NCBI GenBank assembly: GCA_964247055.1 | Contig: OZ176050.1 | Span: 12,462,001-12,526,000, forward strand | Direction: 5' to 3' | Origin: Paragordius varius | Lineage: Eukaryota; Animalia; Nematomorpha | DNA: 64,000 bases | Shown: piece by piece, positions 1 to 11,100 of the stretch | Position numbering within the stretch: the first letter of the stretch is position 1 | How the letters are laid out: each line of letters starts with the position of its first letter | Notes under the pieces: generated by a model | Databases searched by the model: none | Told to the model about the DNA's origin: nothing | The model's input: only the letters and a program-made list of their open reading frames with translations | Position numbers and translations under genes: made by a program

Positions 1-10
1 TTTAGGTTAC

Positions 11-3000
11 TGTTAAAAGGGTTATCATCATACGCAAATTATCCTTCTCTTTTTTAGTGCATAATACACTTTGGTCCTTGTTACGTTAAAAATATATATT
101 ACCTTGGTTGTGAATGCAAATTATTTTATTTATACTTATTATCTTTAACAACGTTTAAACCACACAACTATCCTTGTGAATGCAATAACCAAATTTCCTA
201 ATGTATATAAGGAATCATTGTAACACACAGAACACATTATATTATATTATTCGATTTTGATGTTATACTAAATAAATAAATATATCCTTTATAATTTATA
301 TTAACTATTTGTCAACTGGCGCGGCTATTCGAGGCTATGGAAAAAATTAATTTATCATGTTTTAATCCAAATGTTGAGTTTACAAATTATATTACATATA
401 TTAAACGCAATTTGGAGGTCAAGAATGTCGCAGCCACCGATGAAAATATGAAAGCATGTTTGTTGGCTTTCGGAGGAATCGAAAATATTAATAAAATTGA
501 AAATTATTTCTATCCACAAGCAATAGACGACATACCATTCCCAGATCTATTAAACGCCGGTATAAAAATCTTCTCCCCCTCAAGGAATATTTTTTCGTCG
601 CGTTTTGATTTAATTAAAATGAAGAGGGGGAGAATGGAAACGTTCACAGAATTCCTGTTAAGAGTTAAACAAATGGCCATCCACTGCCGGTTCTCGTCAA
701 ACATTGACGAGCACATCAGAGATGTATTCATCGCCGGGTTAGACGAGCAAGCCGTGGAAATGGAACTATTCACACGGTTCCCAGAAGCTTTAGAAAACGG
801 GGCTCCCGTTTCTCTAAATACGGTGGTAAATATTGCCTTATCACATGAAAAGGCACGAGATGGACTAACGAATACAGAAGTGCTGTCCATCAATATTGAT
901 AATGATAATAAAAGTAACAATAATAAGAACCACAGTAGTAATGGTGAAATAAACGAAATAGCCACACTTCACCAATCAAAGAGCAGCCATAGTAATAATA
1001 ACCGACGAACCTGCACAAAATGTGGGACGACTCATACGTTGGGACATTGCCCTGCCTATGGGAAAGAATGTTATAGATGCCATCGTTCAAACCACTTTGC
1101 TCGATGTTGTAAGGTAGTGTTTAAAGCATATTCCCTTTTTAATAAGACAAAAAAACCCCAAATTGTTCCTAAAATAAATAATATTCCTATTGAAATGATT
1201 TTTGATACGGGTGCCGATATTTCAATTATAAATTATAAAAACTGGTGCCGTCTCGGCAAGCCAGCACTAGATTTTGATAACAATAATATTTTCATACATG
1301 CATACAATAATAATCGTATAAAAACATTAGGTAAATGCAAATTACAAATTGAATTAGATAAAAGAACGCACATTCTAGAGTGCTTTATTATAAACAACAA
1401 CTTACCATCAATATTTGGAATAGACTGGATAAAACAATTTAATTTAAAATTACCCAATCATGTAATAATAAATAACTTATCTTCATATGATATATATAAC
1501 AAATTTAGCAAGTTATTTTCTGAGGGCCTTGGTTGCTGGAAGGGCGACCCGATTAAAGTATTTTTAAGTAATAATAATTGTGGTAGAATTTTTCCAAGTA
1601 GAAGGGTGCCACTATCATTACAAAGCAAAGTGGAGGATGAGCTAAATAGATTGGTAAAACTGGATATAATTGAACCTGTTGATCCAAAAAAGACTAGAAT
1701 CGTTTGGTCCAGCCCTACTGTAAATATTATAAAACCTAATAAAGAGCTTAGAATATGCGCGGATTTTAAAATAAGTATAAATCCACACATAAAACCGCCG
1801 CAATACATAATCCCAACCTTTGACGACCTCATCTCAAAAATTTCCTTCGGCAAATCTTTCTCGACACTAGATTTGAAAGACGCCTATTTTCAAATTCCAG
1901 TAGACCCAGATAGTCAGCACTTACTAACAATTTCGACACATAAGGGGTTTTATAAGTATAAACGATTGCCTTTCGGGTTGAATTGCGCCCCAAGTTTCTT
2001 TCAACAAATAATGGACGAGTAATTAAAAGATTGCGCAGGTACAGCCGTTTATTTAGATGACGTTATCGTGACAGGAGAAACCGAGACAAAGCACAAGGAC
2101 AACCTAATAAAGGTATTTACCAAATTGGAGACAATGGGATTAAAATTGCGCAAAGATAAAATAAAACTTTTTCAACCATCTGTAGAATATCTTGGTCACA
2201 TTATTTCTGAAAATTGCATTAAGCCCTCCCCAAATAAAATTAAAGCCATCCAAGAGTGCCCGACCCCGACCAACAAAACCACTCTTAGATCATTTTTGGG
2301 TTTACTTAATTTTCATGCAAAATTCATCCCTTCCCTAAGCATTTTAATGGGAGAACTACATAAATTAGCAGGTAACAAACAAAAATGGTGTTGGACGCTA
2401 ACGCATGATTCGATATTCAAAAAAGCTAAAGACTTGATCTGCCAGAGTAGTTCCTTGCATCCGTATAATCCCAAACTACCTATAGTCTTGGAAACCGACG
2501 CGTCAATGTCGGGATACGGTGCTATTTTATCACATAGAACAACAGCGGGTAATCGCCCGATCGCCTACACGTCAAAAAAATGCTCTCAGGCTGAAGGAAA
2601 CTATTCAGTAATTGAGCGAGAAGCAAAATCCATCCTAATAGCGTTAGAGAAGTTTAAAACCTTTTTGTATGGCAGGAAATTTATAATACAAACGGACCAC
2701 AAACCTTTAGTGAAACTATTTGGGCCTCAAAGAGATCTAAGTAAAATTAATAATTGTAAACTAGTACGCTGGATAACTAGAACATCGGTATTCGATTTTA
2801 ACATAGAATATCACCCTGGTACAGAAAACATAGCTGACTGCCTATCGAGACTCCCCATTGAAAACCAGGAGCCGATGGCGTTTGAGAAAGATGATGAAAG
2901 TAGCAATGTTCATTTGATTTGGTCCAACGAATTAAATTTAAATGAAATTATCTATCAAGAGTCTATGAAGGATCCTACTATAGCAAAGTTAAAAGTAGCC

Positions 3001-4632
3001 CTAAGGTCTAATAATTGGACGGACCCCCTGGTCAAGCCTTTCATAGCAATAAAAAATGAAATTGAGGATGCATACGGTCTATTATTTGTGGGAGATCGGG
3101 TAATAATCCCGAACAAAATTAAGCCAGATATTTTAAGATACCTGCATAGTGGCCATCCGGGAATACAAGCCATGAAACTATTAAGCCGTGAAAAGGTTTA
3201 TTGGCCCGGGTTGAGCCAAGATATCGATAAATGGGTGCGTAGTTGCCAAAATTGTCAAAGGCTGCGCCCAAATGTACCCGAAAATCCCACCTATCAATGG
3301 AACGAGAATACAACCATATGGGAACGGCTCCACCTAGATATCGCTGGACCCATTGACAATTTATACTGGGTGGTACTAATTGATCATTGCACCCGCTGGG
3401 TGGAGGTAGAAACGTTACGTTCTGTGAATACCGGTAATATCCTTAAGTTTTTAGAAACCTGTTTTTGCCGGTATGGGTACCCAAAAGTGGTGGTTACTGA
3501 TAACGGCTCTTATTTTAAATCGGGGGAGTTTGAGAGAACTTTAGCTTCCTCTAATATAAAACACGTAACATCAGCTCCCTACCACCCCCGAACAAATGGG
3601 TTGGTAGAGAGGGTAATTTACACTCTAAAAACTCATTATTCAATGTCAACCCCACTTTCCGCAGACCTTTCCGCAGACCCAGTACGAAGATTAAACCAAA
3701 TCTTATGGGCTTACCGAAACACGCATCACAGTTCTACGAAGGAGACTCCCGCGCATTTGTTTTTAAAAAGAACTATGCAAAGCCCATTAACATGGATGAA
3801 AACGAAACCCAACGAATTCATGGATACTCCCGACATTCCGCAGGAGTTTGAAAAGGGGCAAAAAGTATATATCAAGAATGAATTGTGTTCTGGTTGGAGG
3901 GAGGGACAAATCGTCGACAGAACGGGATGGTTATCGTACAATGTCAACGACAATGGCAAAATCATCCGCAAACATGCTGATCAATTAAGGAATCGCATGG
4001 ATTGGTCGGTCGAAGGAGAAGAAAGGAGAAATGAGGAAAAGACTAAAAACTTAAACAACAACTTAAACAACAATGATAATAACAGTGAGGAAAAGACTAA
4101 AACCTTAACCAACAACTTAAACAACAATGATAATAACCTCCGAAAACATCCCACGGAACATGAAATAAGAACCCCTGAAAACATCCAGGAGAATCCGGAA
4201 TCAGAAAGTGCGCCTTCAAGTGAGAATACTCCTGTGCAAAAAAGTGACACTTCTCCTACCACAACTCGCCGGTACCCGATTAGATCCCGAAAGCCACCCG
4301 ACCGATATCAAGCTTAAGGAAGAAGGTATGTTAAAAGGGTTATCATCATACGCAAATTATCCTTCTCTTTTTTAGTGCATAATACACTTTGGTCCTTGTT
4401 ACGTTAAAAATATATATTACCTTGGTTGTGAATGCAAATTATTTTATTTATACTTATTATCTTTAACAACGTTTAAACCACACAACTATCCTTGTGAATG
4501 CAATAACCAAATTTCCTAATGTATATAAGGAATCATTGTAACACACAGAACACATTATATTATATTATTCGATTTTGATGTTATACTAAATAAATAAATA
4601 TATCCTTTATAATTTATATTAACTATTTGTCA
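11..4632 (+). mobile_element. Ty3/gypsy (Mag-like) LTR retrotransposon, full length, young, one nonsense codon in RT
   Basis: 304-bp LTRs at 11-314 and 4329-4632 (TG...CA, identical by eye). 5-bp TSD GTTAC at 6-10 and 4633-4637. PBS-like TGGCGCGGCT at 317. PPT AAGGAAGAAGG before the 3' LTR. Domain order gag-PR-RT-RH-IN. Confidence 0.97.
337..4317 (+). pseudogene. gag-pol polyprotein of LTR element 1, interrupted by in-frame TAA at 2020-2022
   Basis: Two Cys/His knuckles (CTKCGTTHTLGHC, CYRCHRSNHFARC), protease DTGA, RT continuing in the same frame as MDE*LKDCAGTAVYLDDV, RNase H (ETDAS, TDHKPL), integrase HSGH...CQNC and DDE core, C-terminal RRYPIRSRKPPDRY. Confidence 0.93.
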
Positions 4633-4823
4633 GTTACATTTTACCGCAAAATATTGATATTTATATATTTAATATCAGCTGTTTAGTTAATAGTGTTCTA
4701 GAGCTGCACACCAATTTTAAACTCTTGAATTTACAAATTAAAAATAAAAGCTTTTTTACCTTTTGAACAATAATGGATAATTAATTTTTAACTTAAATAT
4801 TAAAAACAGTAGTTAAGTTACAG

Positions 4824-5117
4824 GATTGAGCTCGGGCATATAAAATTACCCCAATATGTCATTGCGAAAAGAATGATAAGGTTAAGAGGTTTTAAAGAAA
4901 AACTATAATATCTTCTAAACTCTTTATTATTTAAAATTATTATCCTTGACATACGTTTAGTCCGATACGTAAGCCTTTTCCTGCGATGAGATTATATAAA
5001 TTGAATCCAAATTGGACACCCCAAAACATTAATATTTGTTTTAAATCACATCCACACCCTGAACGTGAAATTTACTATAAATACTATGGTTGCATTAATC
5101 TAAAAAATTATCTATGA
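4824..5117 (+). CDS. Possible last two exons (4824-4880, 4961-5117) of an unidentified host gene starting upstream of the window
   Basis: AG/GT-bounded exon, 80-nt GT-AG intron, frame-consistent peptide IELGHIKLPQYVIAKRMISPIRKPFPAMRLYKLNPNW...KNYL ending TGA TAG. No family recognised. Confidence 0.4.
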
Positions 5118-5302
5118 TAGATAAGCCAATGTGATTTTGCCTATGAAAATTTTGAATCAAAACAATATAGAAAAACATATGGTACTCATAGCATAGCCAT
5201 GGTGCAAATATATGATTTATTCAGCGCGGGGGCTGGCGGCGTGATGATCGTTCGATCGGAACGGTGCACGCCACCAGCTGTTAACAATACTTTATTCTTT
5301 AA

Positions 5303-5852
5303 CAATTCGATTCAAGGTGGGGTCTCTAAATGCCCCAGACAATATTTAAGTTGATATTTTAACACTGCTGAAGGAAACGGTCCCAATTTAAATATATGCT
5401 TCTATCCTAATAAAAATTATATAAATATACCAAAATATCTAAATAAAATTTTGTTTTGGAAAAAAAGTCCATGTCAAACTACTTCGACGCCATTTTTATT
5501 TTATAAAAAATTTTCAAAATATTGTGTTTATTTAATTTTAAGGGTAAAATTAAAGTTAATTTTTTATTTAAATTACATCTAACATTGATAGATATAAAAA
5601 AGCGGTTTATTCTGTATTATTTTTCAATTTTACCATTGCATGCATGTCACGTTGACTAAATTTGTACCTTACGGTTTTAGCTTAAAATAAGTAATATCAA
5701 GTATTTTTGAATTAATTTTTTTATATATTTCGGTTTATCAATGTTATATAAGTGCAGAATATTGCCATGGTTTCGATTCCTTCCATATTTTTTTAAGAAT
5801 TTAATTTTGAACAGGCTTGGGGTATTTAACTACTCCAATTTAAATCGAAGGG
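5303..5852. mobile_element. TTAA-flanked MITE (piggyBac/Kolobok-like), copy 1
   Basis: Co-linear with 27357-27892 over ~540 bp. Degenerate TIRs (CAATTCGATTC... / ...AATCGAAGGG). Flanks TTAA and CTAA. Confidence 0.75.
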
Positions 5853-5963
5853 CTAAATAATGTGTTGTATCCAAGTGTTAAGGCTTATGATAAATATGTT
5901 ATACAGCATATTTATTTTTTACAAGCATACCAAATAATTATGGTTAAAATTTTTTGGTAAATA

Positions 5964-6135
5964 CAGTATGAGTAAGTATACATTGCTAGAAAGTTATTCA
6001 TTGTTGCCAAAAAGCATATGCAGCAAAGAAAACTATTATTGGCTAATAATAATAAAAAGTAAAAAAATAACTATAAGCCAATAACTCCCCTTGACAATAA
6101 TTAATAACTTTCCAAATGTATACTTATTAATACTG
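5964..6135. mobile_element. Tc1/mariner-type MITE, 172 bp, ending 47 bp upstream of the SSR4 ATG
   Basis: TIR CAGTATGAGTAAGTATACATT vs CAGTATTAATAAGTATACATT. TA on both sides (5962-5963, 6136-6137). Confidence 0.8.
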
Positions 6136-6182
6136 TATATCTCAAATATTAGGATACATATTTTACTCGTTCATTTGATAAT

Positions 6183-6763
6183 ATGTTACGAATACTCACC
6201 ACGCTTGTTATTTTTACCATCGTGGCAGTTTTTGGACAAGGTAAAGTCATCCTTTAATTTTAGATAATAAGGTATGTATTGAACCACAGTTTAAATACAA
6301 AGTTTATACCCCTTCTGATGGCAGTATATTGGCAAAACCAGTTTTTATCAGTGATTTTATCGTAAAATGCAAAAATGGATTGAGAGTAATGAATTATCTA
6401 TTTGAAGGATTTAAATTTTATTGCGCTTGTGGGCGATAATAATTTAAAGCAAATTGCAAAATCTTTGGATGGAACACGTTATGAAATTAGTATAATATCG
6501 GATGAAAAGATGAATTCTGCTACTACAATTAAAATATTTTATGCTGATGATTTTACCATTTTAAAAACGGCCATTGATAATAAAAAACCTATAAACATTA
6601 AACCATTACACACGATTGATTACAAACCAAAAGTTTATTAAAATAATAAATTTAGGCCTTATTCCGTGGATTTACAGTTAAACCCCAATTGATAGGGATA
6701 GCTATATCTGCCATATTATTTTATTTTGCGTACACCACAAAATGTAAAATTGTTCAGTCATGA
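6183..6763 (+). CDS. SSR4: Translocon-associated protein subunit delta (TRAP-delta), 170 aa, 4 exons: 6183-6240, 6264-6385, 6408-6632, 6656-6763
   Basis: Removing three GT-AG introns (23, 22, 23 nt) gives one 513-nt ORF: signal peptide MLRILTTLVIFTIVAVFG, C-x-EP, YTPSD, FISDFIVKCKNG, RYEIS, KPLHTI, C-terminal TM LIGIAISAILFYFAYTTK. This matches the TRAP-delta pattern and length. The ORF track shows only exon 3. Confidence 0.9.
6241..6263 (+). other. 23-nt spliceosomal micro-intron (SSR4 intron 1, phase 1)
   Basis: GTAAAGTCATCCTTTAATTTTAG. Contains in-frame TAA. Removal joins the signal peptide to the mature domain. Confidence 0.88.
6386..6407 (+). other. 22-nt spliceosomal micro-intron (SSR4 intron 2, phase 0)
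   Basis: GTAATGAATTATCTATTTGAAG. Removal gives CKNGLR|DLNFIALV. Confidence 0.88.
6633..6655 (+). other. 23-nt spliceosomal micro-intron (SSR4 intron 3, phase 0)
   Basis: GTTTATTAAAATAATAAATTTAG. Contains in-frame TAA. Removal adds the TM exon. Confidence 0.88.
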
Positions 6764-8112
6764 TTCGCTTGATCAAATAAATTTTTAAAGGATTATATTT
6801 TACTTTTTAAAGCTAGTAATAACGGAATTTTTTAGATTGGCCTGTATGGAATAACAAATCTTAAACATACATTTAATTATTTATTCTAAGTGTTTTATAC
6901 CGTTATCAGTATATAAGCATCTATGTGACTCTCAATTAAAATAGTGCACTTCACGGGTCCCATTTTTGGGTTGAAAATTTGACGGGTCGCCTTCGCAAAA
7001 TATATCGCAATTAACAAATTTTTATTAAATTGCAAACATAAAAATGTAAAAACTACCATTTGATAGTTCATATCCGAAATTCGGAAAGATTTATTTTGAA
7101 AAAATTGTTTAAAAATATTTATTTCGTAAAATTTTGTATGTGAAATTTCCCGCGAGCTCAATAATATTTTGGAGGGCCTTGTGATGCGCACCTCTGCACT
7201 AAACATTATTTGAAAATATGACTACAATATTTTAAACCATATCAAGAAACTTCTAGTTACTTTATTAGTGTTAATGTAAATTTTTATAAAGGTTTTTGTA
7301 CATACAACTACTTTCATAGGATTCATATTATAAAATCATGTAATAAAATTTGCTAACAAGTTTGGATGACGAATTAACCTATGTTCTAAATTTTATTTTG
7401 ATAATGTTTTTTCAATTTAGATGAAAATCATTATTTTATCATCGTTCTTATATACTGTACTATTTGGAAGTGTACCAACCCTTTCTAAATCATTTTTTTT
7501 TTTTGAAATCGTTTTCCTTTTTTTGGTTAAAGCACCTCTGTCTTCCATTAAATTTTGTTCCTTTCCTTTTTTTATCAATCTTCCACAGCTCAACTTTGTT
7601 TGATTTTACCAAAAAACATTACCATAGTTTTACGGAAATGTCTCTGATTCAATGTATTACTTATATCAAAACAAATGCGTTATTAATTTTTTTTACCAAA
7701 TCTTAATTTCTCAATTTTTTTTTCATTGTTCTTCTCGAAGATTACGCTGTTGGAATGTTTATTTTGAAAATTTCCGTATATTTTACTCCCACTTTTTTTA
7801 AAATTATATATTTATGGGTTGGACTAATGGCAGTTATTAAAATTATTGAACAATCTGGCACAGTAGTGCACAAACTGCGACCCACGTACCATATGTGTTA
7901 CTTAAGGTGCTTTTTTATACCAAAATTATTATTTAAATTATTTGATGGGCCAGCTCTTCTGTAAAAGTTGAATTTAGTTGGTAGTTATTACTAATATTAA
8001 TATCTGCAAAGTGTTGGACAGTGAAATATTTAGGGATCTTATATGGTGCACGGCTCCCAGATAATTATTTTTTGCGGCCCTTTAAGTTTTCGTTCTAGAA
8101 TTTTTATGTTGC

Positions 8113-11100
8113 TTTTATCTTTTAAGATAAGAGATAATAAAAGAAATGTGAAAATGAACTGAACTATTTATTTGGTTTTTTAAGGTGTATATATAGCAAT
8201 TTTAACTGTCCATGATTTGCATTATATCAATAAAATTTCAAGTAACAAAGGTTCTATATTTACATATAACACAAAAAATATAAAAAATAATACAATTCAA
8301 ATAACGGTGAAAGTTATGATATATAACCAAAGTATGTATTTCACATTTGCATATAACACAGAAAAATATTATAAAAATAAAGTATAACTTTCAGATTTGC
8401 ATAACATCGCTTCCCCCTTAAGAGAACCGGACCGGCTTCCGCCGAATTCTCTCGGGGTAACGACGCTCGTGCGGATTTGCATTGATATTGTCATTATTAT
8501 TATTAATGTTATCATTGCTACTTTCATTATTATTATCATTTATTTTATCATCATTATTGTCATTACTATTGTTATTATTATCAATACTACTATCATTATT
8601 ATTATTGTTATTGTCTTTATTACTATCATTACTATTGTTTGGAGTAACCGGTGCGGTTGAGTTGGCCGGTAGGTCTACGTGTTTCAACTGATCTGCATGC
8701 TTTCTGACAATCTTCTGGTTTACCTGATCCCACACACTGTACGAAAGGAGACCCGTTCTATCAACAACATCGCCGGCTCGCCATCCAACATTTTGTTCGT
8801 TTCTCATCATTACGGGTTGGTTTATTGAGAATTCACGGCGTGGACGGGGTGCGTCTAAGATTGTTGCTTTTGTGTTGATCCAGGTGAGGGGTGTTTGAGA
8901 TACTCGTTTGAAGAGTAGTTGAAACGGGGTTTCTTTTGTAGTCGCATGTATTGAATTACGATACGACCATAGAGTGGTATTGAAGGCTTCTTGTGGTGAA
9001 ATATTATCATTTTTGATTTTTCTATACTTGCCCTTGAGGGTCCCCACTAACCTTTCTACCATCCCATTACTTTTAGGATGATAGGGGGTTACCCTTACGT
9101 GTTTAATACCCAAGTTTGTTAGAGTGGATGTGAAGTACGAATTACTAAAATAAGAAGCATTATCACTAATAACCGTCCTCGGAAACCCAAACCTGGCAAA
9201 GGTTTCCTCGAGTTTATGCAATATGTTTACCGAATTAACCCTTTTTAACATGAACCCTTCCGCCCATTTGGATGAGCTATCAATCAGTAACAACCAATAA
9301 TACCCGTCAACTGGTCCCGCTATATCGATGTGTAACCGTTCCCATATCGCAGCATTTGGATCCCAATGATAAGTCGGATTTTCAACTAGGCTTGGCTTGT
9401 TTATCTGACATGCACTACACTCACTGTATCTTCTTACCAAATCGTTCTCTAATTTCGGCCAAAAACAAGTAAACCTTGCCATTGCTTTCATTGTTTCTAC
9501 GTTATTGTGCCCGCTGTGTAAGTAGTTGACCACGTTTGACTGTAAGCTTTCTGGAATGATAATTCGATCGTTTAAACTGACCAATCCGTATTGGTACGAA
9601 ATCTCTCCCTTCCGATTCGTAAACCCAGCCAACTCAACATCACTCCAATCTTGGTTATGAATCGCCTTAATTACTTTCTGCAAAATTTTATCTTTAACCG
9701 TTTCTCTCCGAATTTCATCGCGACTTAACTGAACGTTATGACAATTAAGAAACCTAAGATATCTAGTTACCATGTAATCTCTATCGATTGTGTCGACATT
9801 ATCATCACTGGGACATCTTGATAAGTAATCAGCTCTATTTTTGGGACCCGCCTGATAACTAAGTTCAAAGTCATAATCATTCAAACGGTTCACCCATCTT
9901 AAAATTTTCGCATTTTGTATTTCTTTCAAATTTCTATCCCTATTTATTAACCTCACAAGTGGTAAGTGGTCTGTCAAAATTTCAAACTTTCTACCATAAA
10001 TGAAGTTGTGGAACTTTTCTAATGCAAAAACAATAGCCTTTAATTCCTTTTCTATCGTGGAGTAGTTCGATTCTGCGGTACTACATTTTCTTGAACCATA
10101 GGCAATGGGTTTCCTTTCACCATTTACAACATGACTTAGAATACATCCAAACCCTATATCTGAGGCATCGGTTTCAATTACTAACTTTCTATCCGGATTG
10201 TATGGTGTTAAAAATACTTGTTCACTTAATAATTCCTTAGCGGCTTTCCAACAATTCTCATGTTTTTCCGACCAGTTCCATCTAACGTTCTTACTTGTTA
10301 AACTATGTAAGTCACTTACAATCAATTGAAGCTTGGGTATAAATCTTTCATGAAACGTCAAAAATCCTAGAAAACTTCTTAAAGATTTTTTATCCACAGG
10401 TTTTTTAAAATCATTGATTGCTTTTACTTTATTCTTGCAAGGACTTATACCTTTATTACTTATTTCAAATCCCAGATAACTTACTGAAGGTTCACCAATT
10501 TTTATTTTATCTTTTCTTAATCTAAAACCTGCTAATTCTAACCGATTTAAAACATTATTAAGATTTATTAAATGTTCCTGTTCAGATTTGCCAGTTACTA
10601 AAACATCATCTAAATATGCACAAGTGCCGGGACAATCTTTTATAACCTGGTCCATGACTCGTTGGAAAATTATTGGTGCTGTTGACAGTCCGAAAGGCAT
10701 CCTTTTGTAGCGAAAAAATCCTTTGTGAGTCGCAATTGTCAAGAGATCTTGTGATTCTTTGGTTATGGGCATTTGTAGATAGGCATCTTTCAAGTCAATC
10801 TTAGTGAAAACTTGGCCTTCGCCAATCTTACTCACTAAATCATCAAACGTTGGAATGATATGAGAGTCCTCAGTGAGCCACTTGTTGATGGTAACTCTAA
10901 AATCGCTGCAAATTCTTACCTCTCCATTCGCTTTGAGCACATTAACGGTGGGCGTGGCCCATGTCAGAGGTGTAAGGTTGGGATCTATCGGCTCCAGAAT
11001 GTCTAACTTTTGTAATCTTAGTAATTCATTTTCAACTTTTGCTCTTAGGGGAAACGGTACTCGGCGGCAAGGCCAAACTTTGGGGGAGGCATTGGGTGCT

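Noticed and set aside
2020-2022. TAA reassignment or programmed readthrough
   Set aside because: TAA terminates other genes here (element 2 pol, orphan gene). The stop lies inside the RT core, not at a gag-pol boundary.
5115-5280. TGA plus downstream hairpin as selenocysteine/SECIS
   Set aside because: TGA is followed immediately by TAG, and the hairpin lacks the 3' GA of the SECIS quartet at the required spacing.
7400-7740. Short Lys-rich minus-strand frame and hydrophobic plus-strand ORFs
   Set aside because: Poly-A/T composition, no recognisable motif and no convincing splice model.
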